In this document: positions 1 to 8,561 of the stretch, piece after piece
Layout: each line of letters opens with the position of its first letter
Numbering within the stretch: position 1 is the first letter of the stretch
Virus record (IMG/VR): IMGVR_UViG_3300031616_000011
Coordinates: 1 to 48,883 of that record
Origin: a virus
Length of the DNA: 48,883 nt
Strand: one strand, 5' to 3'
The notes under the pieces: model-generated
What the model was told of the DNA's origin: nothing
The model's database searches: none
The model's input: only the letters and a program-made list of their open reading frames with translations
Made by a program: the position numbers and the translations under genes

Positions 1-127
1 CTGTCCGCCGGTGTGATCATGCGGCAGTCCTCCGGCCCCTGGTCTTCTGTGGCTCGACGGGCTCCTCGCCGTAGTTCATCCGGGTGAAGAGTCCACCGCC
101 TTCGGCCTGGTCGTGCTGGACGACCTC
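1..127. repeat. Terminal overlap, copy 1 (identical to 48757..48883)
   Basis: Bases 1-127 match the last 127 bases exactly when read side by side. The junction falls inside a coupled gene pair, so this is a circular-assembly overlap, not a biological repeat. Confidence 0.9.
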
Positions 128-214
128 GTCGGTGTCGGCGAGGACGTCGCCCTTGTTGACCCGCCGCGGCGTGCCGGCCAACTCGATCACGAATGTGTCG
201 TTTGCCCTGTGCAT
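17..214 (-). CDS. Small head-module protein, 65 aa, function unknown
   Basis: ATG preceded by AGGAG 8 nt upstream. Its stop overlaps (ATGA) the start of the ORF that continues across the circular junction at 48776. Lies downstream of the capsid gene. Confidence 0.55.
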   Translation of the reverse strand: MHRANDTFVIELAGTPRRVNKGDVLADTDEVVQHDQAEGGGLFTRMNYGEEPVEPQKTRGRRTAA

Positions 215-225
215 CGCGGGCGCTC

Positions 226-438
226 CTATGTGGACGGGTAGGCCGCGAGGTACGCGGCCAGTTGCGGCGAAATCTGGGTGCCGGTCACGAGCTGTGTGGC
301 GGACCAGTACGACGCCGGGGTCTCCAGGAATGCCTGCGACGTGATCGAGTCACGCGTCGAGCCCTGGATGATCGTCTCTTCGTGTGTGGTGACGGTGTTG
401 CGGTAGACGAACTGTTGGAGGGCGAACATCGCGACCAC
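226..438 (-). CDS. Hypothetical protein, 70 aa, downstream of capsid gene
   Basis: GTG at 438 with GAGAGGA 7 nt upstream (ATG alternative at 429). Its composition is not Arg/Pro-biased, unlike the shadow ORFs. Confidence 0.55.
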   Translation of the reverse strand: MVAMFALQQFVYRNTVTTHEETIIQGSTRDSITSQAFLETPASYWSATQLVTGTQISPQLAAYLAAYPST

Positions 439-458
439 GGCCGTGTCCTCTCAAGACG

Positions 459-487
459 GCGAGGGACGGCCTGTGGCCGTCCCTCGC
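459..487 (-). terminator. GC-rich hairpin directly after the capsid gene stop
   Basis: Perfect 13-bp stem GCGAGGGACGGCC / GGCCGTCCCTCGC with a 3-nt loop. There is no long U tract, so it may be an attenuator or mRNA stabiliser rather than a strict terminator. Confidence 0.5.
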
Positions 488-500
488 GCCGTTGAACGTG

Positions 501-1979
501 CTACTTGCCCTTCATCACGCGGAACGCGTTGGTGGTGCTGATCTGCGACCCGAATCGCCAGAACATGAACCACCCTGCTTGCCCGGTTGGCCTGCCGGTG
601 GCGGTGTCCTTCACCAGGGGCTCGTAGATCATGGAGACCCCCACGCGGTCGCAGATGATGAACTGCGCGAAGTCGCCGTAGATCGCTTCGAGCGCGCCAA
701 CGGAGACGGTGGCGTCCATCGTGGTCGACTCGTAGATGGGTGCGCCGAGCAGCGTCGCCGGCTGGCCCTTGCCGAGGTTCGTCCAGAAAGAGCTGCCGCC
801 GGCCGTGTCGAGTTGCCGGAACCGGTTGATCTGCGCGACGTTCGCGACCCACGCCGCGCCGGGCGCGTTGCGGAACCGCGGCGGCAGCACCTGTTGGGTG
901 GCATAGACGTCGCCGACCGCCACGACCAGGGTGGTTGCGGTCGTGACAACGACCGTCGCCGCCGGGATGACACCCTGCACGTTCGGCGGGGTGCCGTTGC
1001 CGGTGGCGAACTGGGCCTCTTCGAGGCGGTCCTTCGCGTCGGCGAGGAGGACCGGGAGCTGCTGGCCGAAGTCGGTGTCCTCGAGGACCTCGTACGAGCC
1101 GAAGATCCACGCGTTCGCCTTCTGCGGCGTGATCACGATGTTCAGCACGGTCGGGGTGGCGTCCGCGACGACCGTTCCTTCACCGATCATCCCGGCGTTG
1201 ACGCCGGCGCTGTTCACACCGTTCCACGTGTTCGAGGTCGTCTGCACGACCCGGGAGATGCGCCGCCACGGGTTCGCGGACGACGCGTTCGTGAGGATGA
1301 TCGACGGATCCAGCACGAACGGCAGCAGGTACCCGCCGTTCGCGAGGGTCAGGGACAGCGCGGCACGGTTCGAGTGTGCCTGCGGGTCCCGGATGTAGTT
1401 CCGGAACTCGTCGAGGTACTCCGGACTGCCCGTCTCGAGGATGTGCTGCGCCACCTTCGACTGGCCCGTGAACTGGTTCTGGGTCATCCGGGTCGCGGTC
1501 TCGGCGTAGTCGTGCTGCAGGTCGCCGCGGCGGGACGCCATCTCGATCGCGTCGAGCGCCCGGCCGCGGACCTCGCCTGGCTCAACCATGTTGCGTCGTA
1601 CCCGGTCCAGGTCCCGGAACGGGTCCTGACCGATGACGTTGCGGGTGATCAGGTCCGGGCTGCGGACGTCCGCGGTGGCGTGCTCGACCTTCGCCGGGTC
1701 GGCGGCGGCGTGCATCACGCGCTCGAGATCTCGGGCGCGCTTGCGGAGCGGCACCACGAGCTCGTCGAGGTCGTCGAACTCGCTGATGAGGGTCGTCTGC
1801 CACGACAGGTCGTCGTCGGCCGGCTCCGGGATCGCGGAGATCGAGGCGAGCTCGGCGCGGATCGCGTCCTGCCGGCGTTCCATCTGCTGAAGGGTCGGGT
1901 AGGTGGTCCGCAGCGTCTGGTGGCGGGAGCGCTTGGCTTCCACGTCCTCAGGCGCGTCGCGGGTGGTGGTCTCAGGCAT
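501..1979 (-). CDS. Major capsid protein, HK97 fold family, with N-terminal delta/scaffold-like domain
   Basis: 492 aa. The C-terminal two thirds carry capsid-family signatures (LANGGYLLPFVLDPSIIL, FGSYEVLEDT, GAPIYESTTM). The N-terminal ~120 aa are charged and coiled. Follows portal and protease. Confidence 0.93.
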   Translation of the reverse strand: MPETTTRDAPEDVEAKRSRHQTLRTTYPTLQQMERRQDAIRAELASISAIPEPADDDLSWQTTLISEFDDLDELVVPLRKRARDLERVMHAAADPAKVEHATADVRSPDLITRNVIGQDPFRDLDRVRRNMVEPGEVRGRALDAIEMASRRGDLQHDYAETATRMTQNQFTGQSKVAQHILETGSPEYLDEFRNYIRDPQAHSNRAALSLTLANGGYLLPFVLDPSIILTNASSANPWRRISRVVQTTSNTWNGVNSAGVNAGMIGEGTVVADATPTVLNIVITPQKANAWIFGSYEVLEDTDFGQQLPVLLADAKDRLEEAQFATGNGTPPNVQGVIPAATVVVTTATTLVVAVGDVYATQQVLPPRFRNAPGAAWVANVAQINRFRQLDTAGGSSFWTNLGKGQPATLLGAPIYESTTMDATVSVGALEAIYGDFAQFIICDRVGVSMIYEPLVKDTATGRPTGQAGWFMFWRFGSQISTTNAFRVMKGK

Positions 1980-3489
1980 CTACTTGGCTCCCGTACTTCT
2001 GGATGAACCGCGCCCGCTGGGCGGCGAGTTCCTCCTTGACTGACCGACCGGAGCGCACCGTGTGCGAGTCCTCGGGCGGCGAGTCCCGGTGTTCGGGAGC
2101 GCCGGAAAGCGGGGGCAAGTCGCCCGGGTCGAAGGCCGGGAGAGTGCCGCCGCTGCGCAGTAGTTCCGTGATGCGGTCGAGCTGTTCGGTGATCTGCTCG
2201 GCGCGGATGCCGACGATCGACGCGGTCTCATAGGCGGGGAACGGGGTCGGCCCGTACTCCCGCAGCGTGCTTTCGGTGCGCCGGACCGTCGGCAGGTTCC
2301 CGCGGCGGTCGGCGCGGAAGCCGCCGCGCATCGGCATCGGGTCCGACCGGTCGAAACGGCCGGAGAACGAATAGGCGGACAGCGATCCCTCGCTGATTCG
2401 GTCGAGGATCCGGTCGACGTCCTCACCCTTGGAGTAGCGGGTGCGGGTGAACAGCCCGTTTCCGTCGGCTTTGATCTCCAGCGGGATGCCGATCGGGACC
2501 GAGTGCAGATCGGACGGTGTCCCGTGCAGGGTCATGCCGTGGTTGTAGAAGACGCCGACCCGCCACGAGCTGCGCCCGCCGGCCGGAGCGACCTTCTGCA
2601 GGATCCGGTCGAACGCCTTCCGGTCGATGACCTCGATGTAGTCGCCGTCCTGGTCGTGGATCGGCGTCGGCGTGTCGAAAACGGTCGCGTAGGCGTCGAC
2701 GGTGCGGCCGTCGCCGCCGGCCCGGATCGAGATGTCCGACAGCGCGAACGACCGCACGAACGGCAGCGGCGCGCCCACCTGGAGGTCTTCTTTCGTCGGC
2801 ATGTGAATTCCGTCCTCCGACCGGTGGCCGTCCATCTTGGCGTGCGTCGCGGGGTAATAGCCGAGCGCGGCGTGGTGGGCGAGGTTGCAGTAGCCTTTTG
2901 CGTCGCCGATGAACTTCGACAAGTGGGATACACAACGGTCGAAGTCACCAGGTGCGCCCCACGCGATTTTTGCGGCGCCCTCGCCGTGCACCCAGTACTG
3001 GTGGAGGCGTTCCGTGGCACCCTCGTGCAGCGTCTGAACACCGCGGACGGCGGGATCCGCGGAACGGTGTGGAAGTGCTTTCAGCGCCACTACCTGCGCG
3101 AAGAACGCCGGCGTGACGTGCCCATCGGCCTTCACGCCGAGCCGCGTCTGTAGCGCTTTGATCGACGAGGTGGTCAGCGGGCCGAGCTGGCCGTCTATCC
3201 TCAGCGGCTTGCCGTGGCTGTCGCTCAGGCCGAGTTTGTTCAGGGCCGTCTGCAACTGCTTGACGTTCGGGTCGCCGTGCGGCATCCCGTACCCGGCGCC
3301 CTTGTTCGTCTTCGGGTCGTAGGAGAGGGTGTGGTGCGGCGGGCCGGCGGGGGCCGTGTGTTGCGCCGCCGGGTGCGCTCCGGTGTGGCCGCCGGTCGGC
3401 TTCGCGCCACCCCCAGCGCTACCGAACTGGCCGCCCGTCGACGAGCCGGCGGCGACATGGGTCATGTTGAAGCGTTCGGCATCTGTCAC
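1972..3489 (-). CDS. Prohead (capsid maturation) protease fused to an N-terminal peptidoglycan-binding-like domain
   Basis: HK97/S78-type protease core (VDAYATVFDTPT, EVIDRKAF, VFYNHG, SAYSFSG). Upstream of it are a PG_binding_1-like repeat (VKQLQTALNKLGL..IDGQLGPLTTSSIKALQ) and a GEGAAKIAWGAPGDFDRCV module. GTG 3489 follows GGAGGAGG (ATG alternative at 3465). The track extension to 3606 overlaps portal and is Arg/Pro-rich. Confidence 0.85.
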   Translation of the reverse strand: MTDAERFNMTHVAAGSSTGGQFGSAGGGAKPTGGHTGAHPAAQHTAPAGPPHHTLSYDPKTNKGAGYGMPHGDPNVKQLQTALNKLGLSDSHGKPLRIDGQLGPLTTSSIKALQTRLGVKADGHVTPAFFAQVVALKALPHRSADPAVRGVQTLHEGATERLHQYWVHGEGAAKIAWGAPGDFDRCVSHLSKFIGDAKGYCNLAHHAALGYYPATHAKMDGHRSEDGIHMPTKEDLQVGAPLPFVRSFALSDISIRAGGDGRTVDAYATVFDTPTPIHDQDGDYIEVIDRKAFDRILQKVAPAGGRSSWRVGVFYNHGMTLHGTPSDLHSVPIGIPLEIKADGNGLFTRTRYSKGEDVDRILDRISEGSLSAYSFSGRFDRSDPMPMRGGFRADRRGNLPTVRRTESTLREYGPTPFPAYETASIVGIRAEQITEQLDRITELLRSGGTLPAFDPGDLPPLSGAPEHRDSPPEDSHTVRSGRSVKEELAAQRARFIQKYGSQVDA

Positions 3490-3538
3490 CCGACGCACCT
3501 CCTCCAAATGGCAGGGAATGCGCGGCGTGGTCAGGGAT

Positions 3539-4942
3539 TCAGGCCGAGGTGATCGCTGGGGTCTTCCCGTTCGTGGGACTGGACGGCAGCGCGGGTGCAC
3601 CACCACCGGCCGGTGCGGGCCCGCTGGACTGCTGGAGCTGGACGGACACCCAGTTCGGGTCTTCGACGAGCAGCGTCATGTCCTGCGCGACGACCGCGGC
3701 GATAGCCGAGTCGCGGGTGAAGCCGCCGGTCGCGAGGGAGACGATCGTGGAGGCCATGTTCTGCTGGATCTCAACAGCATCCTTCGCGTCCTCGCGCAGG
3801 AACGGGATGTCCCGCTTGTCGATGACGAGTTGCGCACCCTGCGGTGGCGGGACGAGCGTCGCCAGCGAGGCGGACACATTGCGCCACAGCGTGTTGAGCG
3901 TGCCTTCGGAGAAGAGCCGGCGGGCTTGGCCGAAGTTGCCGGCGTTCAGGCTGCTGCCGGCGAGGCCCTCGGACAGTCCGACGATCACCGGGTGCACGCC
4001 GGCGGCGGCGGCGATCCGGGTCTCCCCGGCGCCCTGGGTCACCTTGAAATCAAGCTGTTTCAGGTCGGCTCCGACGACGGTCGCGTCTGCTCCGCCGCCC
4101 AGGTACAGGGTCTTGTAGGCGTTCTGGGCGCCCTTGTGCGCGAGGTCCATCGTCTTCTGGAACGCCTCGAACTTCTCCTGCTTCATGTCCTTGAAGGACA
4201 CGATCGTCTGGAGGGTGGCGCCGTTCTCGAAGAACGCCAGCTTGTGGATCGTCGCCGCGGTATCCGCCTGGATCTCCCGGATGACCGGGGTCAGCCAGGA
4301 CATGCCCCGGTAGTGCGCGATCGGGTCCGGCACGGGAGCGAAGTGCGATACCTCGTCCGGGAGGAGGAAGATCGGTGGCCGGTCGGACATCCACCCGCCG
4401 GGGAAGTACCCGTAGCCGAGCAGTTCGGCGTCGAGGTCGTCGGGGAGGACCGACGGATCGTCGTGGGAGCCCATGACGATCGTCACCCAGTCCGGGCGCA
4501 TCCGGCGCAGGTGCCCGTTGCGGACGGTGAAGAACGCGTTACCGGCGAGGTCGGCGTCCTGCAAGTTCCGGGTCAGCAGGTCGCCGGTGGTGCCGTTCGG
4601 CCACGGGGTCTCGAGCAGGCTCAGGGACTGGTCGCCGAACAGGTCGCCCGGGCGGCCGTTGCGGATCCGCTGGTACTGGAACCGGCCGTCGGAGAACACG
4701 CCGAGGCGGGCGCGCATGCACGCGAAGATGATGCCGTTGCGCTTGTAGGCGCCCTGAACCATCCCGATGAAGTTGGACTCGATGCGTTCGGCCTGCGCGC
4801 CGGCCTGCCCGGGCAGTCCCGTGTACGTCGTCCCGCCGAAGCTGAAGCTGAAGTCGAGCGGGTCAAAGCCTGCGTAGTCGGCGCCGTCATAGCGTTGGGT
4901 CGTAGTGCCGGACCGGCGAAACAGCGACTGCAGGAGGTTCAC
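3539..4942 (-). CDS. Portal protein (HK97-type portal family)
   Basis: 467 aa between terL and the protease. Length, position and conserved central region (HYRGMSWLTPVIREI, AFFENGATL) are typical of siphovirus portals. Confidence 0.92.
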   Translation of the reverse strand: MNLLQSLFRRSGTTTQRYDGADYAGFDPLDFSFSFGGTTYTGLPGQAGAQAERIESNFIGMVQGAYKRNGIIFACMRARLGVFSDGRFQYQRIRNGRPGDLFGDQSLSLLETPWPNGTTGDLLTRNLQDADLAGNAFFTVRNGHLRRMRPDWVTIVMGSHDDPSVLPDDLDAELLGYGYFPGGWMSDRPPIFLLPDEVSHFAPVPDPIAHYRGMSWLTPVIREIQADTAATIHKLAFFENGATLQTIVSFKDMKQEKFEAFQKTMDLAHKGAQNAYKTLYLGGGADATVVGADLKQLDFKVTQGAGETRIAAAAGVHPVIVGLSEGLAGSSLNAGNFGQARRLFSEGTLNTLWRNVSASLATLVPPPQGAQLVIDKRDIPFLREDAKDAVEIQQNMASTIVSLATGGFTRDSAIAAVVAQDMTLLVEDPNWVSVQLQQSSGPAPAGGGAPALPSSPTNGKTPAITSA

Positions 4943-5098
4943 CCAGTGCCTCCTCGACGTCGGTCAGCAGCAGGAACGAGGCGGCGGTGATGATCCCGGC
5001 GGTGATGAGACCGCCGGCGAGGCCTTGCGCGACCCACATGCCGGCGACGACCAGGGCGCAGCCGAGGACGTAGCCGAGCAGGGCGCGCCGGCGGCGGG

Positions 5099-6685
5099 TC
5101 AGGCGAATACGGCCCACGGCTCGTTGTCCTCCTCCTCGAGGGCTCCGTCCTCGATGGCCTGCCCGCGGGCGGCCTCGGCGAGGAGTCCAGCAACGAGAGC
5201 GTCGATGTGGCCCTTGTCCCGTTTCGGGATGACCCGCAGGTAGTGGTGTGTCGCCGACGGGTCCTCTTCGGGGCGGGGTGCGCGTTTCCGGCCGCGGGCG
5301 ATCGCCGCCTGCATCGCGTGCGCGCGGAGGGTTTCGTCGCCGTCGTGGGTCAGGTCCCTGGCCAGGACCGTTTGGAAGCGGACGATGGCGTCGTCCATGC
5401 GTTTCTCGACGTTCGTGGGGAACTCGACGATCCGGTCCGGCCAGCGTGCCGCCCAGACGTCGAAGTACTCCTGCCACCGGTAGGGGTCGCCGAAGAAGTA
5501 CCGGACGTCGTAGGCGTCGAACGCGTCCGTCAGGGTCTGGTCGACCTCGGTGCGGGGGACCTTGTGGTCCGGATACTCGGCAGGGTTCCAGGTTTTCAGG
5601 TGAAACCAGCGGCCGTCGCCGACCCGGGACGCGACCAGGGATGTGCAGTCCTGGGAGCGGGACCCGTCGAAGCCGATCGCGATCATGTCGCCGGGCGCGA
5701 GGTCACGGTCGCGGACGAGCGCGTCCCAGCGGGTGGCGTCGACCGCGTCGCTGACGCCGACGACGATGAGGTTGAAGAAGTAGCGGAGGGCGTCGGGCCA
5801 GGTCGGGCAGACACCCGGGTCATGAGCGTCGGTCAGGACCCGTTCGCGGTCGACCCACCAGCTGTCGCCGTAGACGATTTCAAGGAGGGCGAGACAGTCC
5901 TCGTCGTCGTGCTCGTCCGGCTGCCGGGGCGGCGGCCGGTAGTCGACGACCACATCGGTGGCCTTGTGCTCGTGGGTGCGCTGCGCGACCGACTTCTGCG
6001 ACGGGTCGTACGCGTTCGTCGTCTCCAGCCAGCGGCCGGACATGCCGCCGATGTTCCGCTTCATCGTGCTGGCCAGCAGGACACCGCCGTTGGACTCGAC
6101 GAACAGGTGGGTCTCGTCGAACACGGCGAAGGTGAGGCGGGCACCGAGGCGGGCCTTGCCGGACGACGTCCGAGGTTCGATCTTCCCGCCGGAGGGCAGG
6201 TTGATGTCCTCGACGCCGATGTCGACACCGGGGATGTCGGCGACGGGGCCGCGGCGGGCCATCTCGTACACGCACAGCCACGTGTTGTCGGTCTGTTCCT
6301 CGGAGGTGGCGACGATCTGGATCCACGGCGTCGGGTGAGCGATGCCGAGGGGTTCGCCGTCGTCGTCCCAGCCGTCGAACCGGACCGGCCCGAACGCTTC
6401 GGCGAGGCAGATCGCGGCGGCGAACGGGCCCTTGCCCCACTTCTGTGGGCGCATCAGCAGGCCGCCGCGGTTGTGGAATGCGGCCGAGGGCCGGTCGGGG
6501 AGCCGGCGGGCGTGCGGCTTGAGCCGGTAGAACCGGAACAGGAACAGCCACATCTCGTCGGTGAGCTTGTACGGCTCGCCCTGGTGGTTGCCGTCCGGGA
6601 TGACGCAGTTCTCTTCGATCCACGCCCCGACGGCGTAGCCCAAAGTGGGATATTCGCCCTCGACCTCGGGGCCGCGCCAGGGCAT
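5099..6685 (-). CDS. terL: Terminase large subunit
   Basis: 528 aa from ATG 6685 (MPWRGPEVEGEYPTLGY). The ATPase region includes VFDETHLF and the nuclease region includes IAIGFDGSRSQDCTSL. The track N-terminus up to 7144 is an Arg/Pro shadow overlapping terS. Confidence 0.92.
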   Translation of the reverse strand: MPWRGPEVEGEYPTLGYAVGAWIEENCVIPDGNHQGEPYKLTDEMWLFLFRFYRLKPHARRLPDRPSAAFHNRGGLLMRPQKWGKGPFAAAICLAEAFGPVRFDGWDDDGEPLGIAHPTPWIQIVATSEEQTDNTWLCVYEMARRGPVADIPGVDIGVEDINLPSGGKIEPRTSSGKARLGARLTFAVFDETHLFVESNGGVLLASTMKRNIGGMSGRWLETTNAYDPSQKSVAQRTHEHKATDVVVDYRPPPRQPDEHDDEDCLALLEIVYGDSWWVDRERVLTDAHDPGVCPTWPDALRYFFNLIVVGVSDAVDATRWDALVRDRDLAPGDMIAIGFDGSRSQDCTSLVASRVGDGRWFHLKTWNPAEYPDHKVPRTEVDQTLTDAFDAYDVRYFFGDPYRWQEYFDVWAARWPDRIVEFPTNVEKRMDDAIVRFQTVLARDLTHDGDETLRAHAMQAAIARGRKRAPRPEEDPSATHHYLRVIPKRDKGHIDALVAGLLAEAARGQAIEDGALEEEDNEPWAVFA

Positions 6686-7092
6686 TACTCGACCGCCCGC
6701 AGGCGGGGCCGATCCTGTCGCTTCGGGGCGCGCTGCTCGGCGAGCTCGTCGACGACGACCTCCCAGCGCAGGCGCAGCATCGACATCGGGGTGAGGCCGA
6801 GGCGGTCCTCGAGCTGGCGGACCTCGGCGAGGTGCGAGGGTTTGGCCGTGCGGGACTCGCCGACGATGAGGGCCCTGACGTAGCGGGCGACGGTCCGGGT
6901 GACGTTCATCTGCGCCCAGGCGGCGGCCTGCGGGAGACGCCAGAGGTCTTCCCACGCGTCGAGTTCGTCGCCGTCGGGGTCGCCGATCGGCCAGTCGGGG
7001 GCCGGGCCGGTGAAGCCTTTGGCGGGGAGTTGGGTGGTGTTCGGGCGGGCGTTGCGGCGGCGCGGGTTCGCGGAGGGCGCAGGACCGGGCAT
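6685..7092 (-). CDS. terS: Terminase small subunit (putative)
   Basis: 135 aa. ATG 7092 is preceded by GAGGTGGG. There is a 1-nt stop/start overlap with terL. Lies directly downstream of the HNH gene and the cos-like non-coding region. Confidence 0.65.
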   Translation of the reverse strand: MPGPAPSANPRRRNARPNTTQLPAKGFTGPAPDWPIGDPDGDELDAWEDLWRLPQAAAWAQMNVTRTVARYVRALIVGESRTAKPSHLAEVRQLEDRLGLTPMSMLRLRWEVVVDELAEQRAPKRQDRPRLRAVE

Positions 7093-7146
7093 CGACGTCA
7101 CCCACCTCACGCTGAGTAGCTTCACGCAGAGTGGTGATGTCCACAT

Positions 7147-7360
7147 TGGACGGACGTAACGCTACGTGACGTGACTACGCTCCGTCAAGATCCACTTTTG
7201 TGGAATCCGTACATGGCGCGAGCCTCGTGGCCCGGGGTCCTGGCGCCGCGTTGATCTTGCGTCGCCGCCCCACCCCCCTACCCTGCGTGACGGCCACCGC
7301 TTAACGCTGCGTAATCATGAAATGATCTCACTCTTCGTACATCACTCTGTGTCACGCCTC
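7147..7360. promoter_or_regulatory. Lower-GC non-coding region between HNH and terS; candidate cos / terminase recognition region
   Basis: 214 bp without a credible ORF. It contains TAACGCT(A/G)CGT(G/A)A at 7157 and 7302, a related CTGCGTGAC at 7283 and a C-run at 7268-7281. The HNH-terS-terL order is typical of cos phages. Confidence 0.4.
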
Positions 7361-7696
7361 TCAGGCCACGCGATCCTGCTTCGCTCCGTTGCACGCACGG
7401 CACAGCACCGACAGGGGGCCTGCCTCGCTACCGCCAGCACCCACACCCACGACATGATCAGCCGTCAGGTCAGTAGCAGGGTGCTCGGCACGCTGCCACC
7501 CAGGGCACACATCCCCACGCTCAGCCCGCCACGCCCGCACCACAGCAGCCCGCCGCCGCTCCTCCACATACGACGCCCGCGGCCGGCGGGTGCGCTTGTC
7601 CTGCAACACCCAGCCACGACAGGCCGGGCAGCGGGTCTGGTCACTCAGCATGCGGCAGGGCTTGCCCGGACGGCCGAGGCAGGGGCGTAGAGCCAT
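7361..7696 (-). CDS. HNH endonuclease (packaging-associated)
   Basis: 111 aa with CxxC pairs (CPAC, CRAC) and an HNH core (DLTADHVV .. LCRACNGAKQD). Adjacent to the terminase genes. Confidence 0.85.
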   Translation of the reverse strand: MALRPCLGRPGKPCRMLSDQTRCPACRGWVLQDKRTRRPRASYVEERRRAAVVRAWRAERGDVCPGWQRAEHPATDLTADHVVGVGAGGSEAGPLSVLCRACNGAKQDRVA

Positions 7697-7707
7697 GGGC
7701 CATCACC

Positions 7708-7872
7708 TCAGGCGAAGCACAGCACGAGCACCAGGGCGGCGAGCGTGAGTACGGATGCGACGGCGACCGCGCCGCATCCACCTTTTCCCCGGCCGCCAGG
7801 ACGAGACCCGGCAGGACCACGCGGACCACGGCCGGCGGGACCGGACGGGCCCCGCTTGCCGAACTCGACCAT
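7708..7872 (-). CDS. Small membrane-anchored protein, 54 aa (Gly/Arg-rich N-terminus, C-terminal TM)
   Basis: Below the 60-aa track cutoff. ATG 7872 is preceded by GGAGGAG 6 nt upstream. Translation: MVEFGKRGPSGPAGRGPRGPAGSRPGGRGKGGCGAVAVASVLTLAALVLVLCFA. The stop lies 11 nt before the HNH start. Confidence 0.45.
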   Translation of the reverse strand: MVEFGKRGPSGPAGRGPRGPAGSRPGGRGKGGCGAVAVASVLTLAALVLVLCFA

Positions 7873-7913
7873 GGACACTCCTCCGAGCTGAAGTCAGCTG
7901 ACCATGGAGAGGT

Positions 7914-8192
7914 TCAGCGGAGCCAGGTCTGGACGTCGGCGTCCGGCTGCACGACCACCGGGACCGTCACCGAATGGGTAAGGGCCTTGTCGTCGGCGCC
8001 CGGGTCGAACTGGACACGACCAGCGGCCGACAGCGTGTACAGGCGGATCGTCAGTCGGCCGTCGGCGAAGGTCGGCCGCTCGCCGTAGGGCACGACACGG
8101 CCGCCGTCGTTGACGCCGTTCGCCTCGAGCCAGGCGATCAGCTTGTCCCGGAACGCTTGGTCCTGCTCGATGCGGTCCTGTACGGCGTCCAT
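7914..8192 (-). CDS. Hypothetical protein, 92 aa
   Basis: ATG 8192 with GGAGG 7 nt upstream (MDAVQDRIEQDQAFRDKLIAWLEANG). The track N-terminus to 8543 is a shadow frame. Confidence 0.6.
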   Translation of the reverse strand: MDAVQDRIEQDQAFRDKLIAWLEANGVNDGGRVVPYGERPTFADGRLTIRLYTLSAAGRVQFDPGADDKALTHSVTVPVVVQPDADVQTWLR

Positions 8193-8205
8193 GGGTGACC
8201 TCCGG

Positions 8206-8445
8206 TCAGGCGGCGATGGTGCGGCGGGCGCGCTCACGGGTGCGGCGCTCGGCCCGGGCCACCGCCAGCGGGGTGAGGCGTAGCTGCCGGCCGAACCGCT
8301 CGGCGACCTCAAGGTGTCCGCGCTCAACCCACTTCCAGATCGTCTCCGGGGATACGTGGGCCTTCGGGCCGAGGATCCGCCGGCGTACGTCGGTTGCCCA
8401 GTCGGCGGCGACGCGCACGTCCCACAGATCGTCGAGGTCGTCCAC
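8206..8445 (-). CDS. Small helix-turn-helix DNA-binding protein (excisionase/MerR-like), 79 aa
   Basis: GTG 8445 preceded by GGAGGAGG 6 nt upstream. HTH-like stretch SPETIWKWVERGHLEVAE. Basic C-terminus. Confidence 0.5.
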   Translation of the reverse strand: MDDLDDLWDVRVAADWATDVRRRILGPKAHVSPETIWKWVERGHLEVAERFGRQLRLTPLAVARAERRTRERARRTIAA

Positions 8446-8561
8446 GGAAGACCTCCTCCGCAGACAGCAAACAACCGCCAACACCTGTTTTTGGGCAGGG
8501 TCGACGGCTGCTTCATCCTGACGCAGAAAAGTGATCTTTGCAAGCGACGAACCGGCAGACG

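Noticed and set aside
1-127. The 127-nt end repeat as genuine direct terminal repeats of the virion DNA
   Set aside because: The repeat cuts through an ATGA-coupled gene pair in the head module. The HNH/terS/terL layout predicts cos ends near 7147..7360. A fixed-length overlap fits a circular assembly artefact.
4887-5040. Small TM ORF (MWVAQGLAGGLITAGIITAASFLLLTDVEE..) between terL and portal
   Set aside because: It has a hydrophobic helix, but it would overlap the portal start by 55 nt and has no SD. It may be a frame artefact, so it is left unannotated.
492-6883. Long plus-strand ORFs 492..2006, 3329..4990 and 5207..6883
   Set aside because: They are shadow frames opposite the capsid, portal and terminase genes. 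They are Arg/Pro/Gly-rich and lack motifs.
5099-7144. Full-length 681-aa version of the terminase ORF, and similar long N-termini of many track ORFs (for example 14796..15950, 17496..18584, 20584..21477, 20808..21782, 31383..32423)
   Set aside because: The N-terminal extensions overlap the upstream gene in another frame and are Arg/Pro-rich. They end exactly where an SD-supported or stop-overlapping start begins, so the shorter starts were used.
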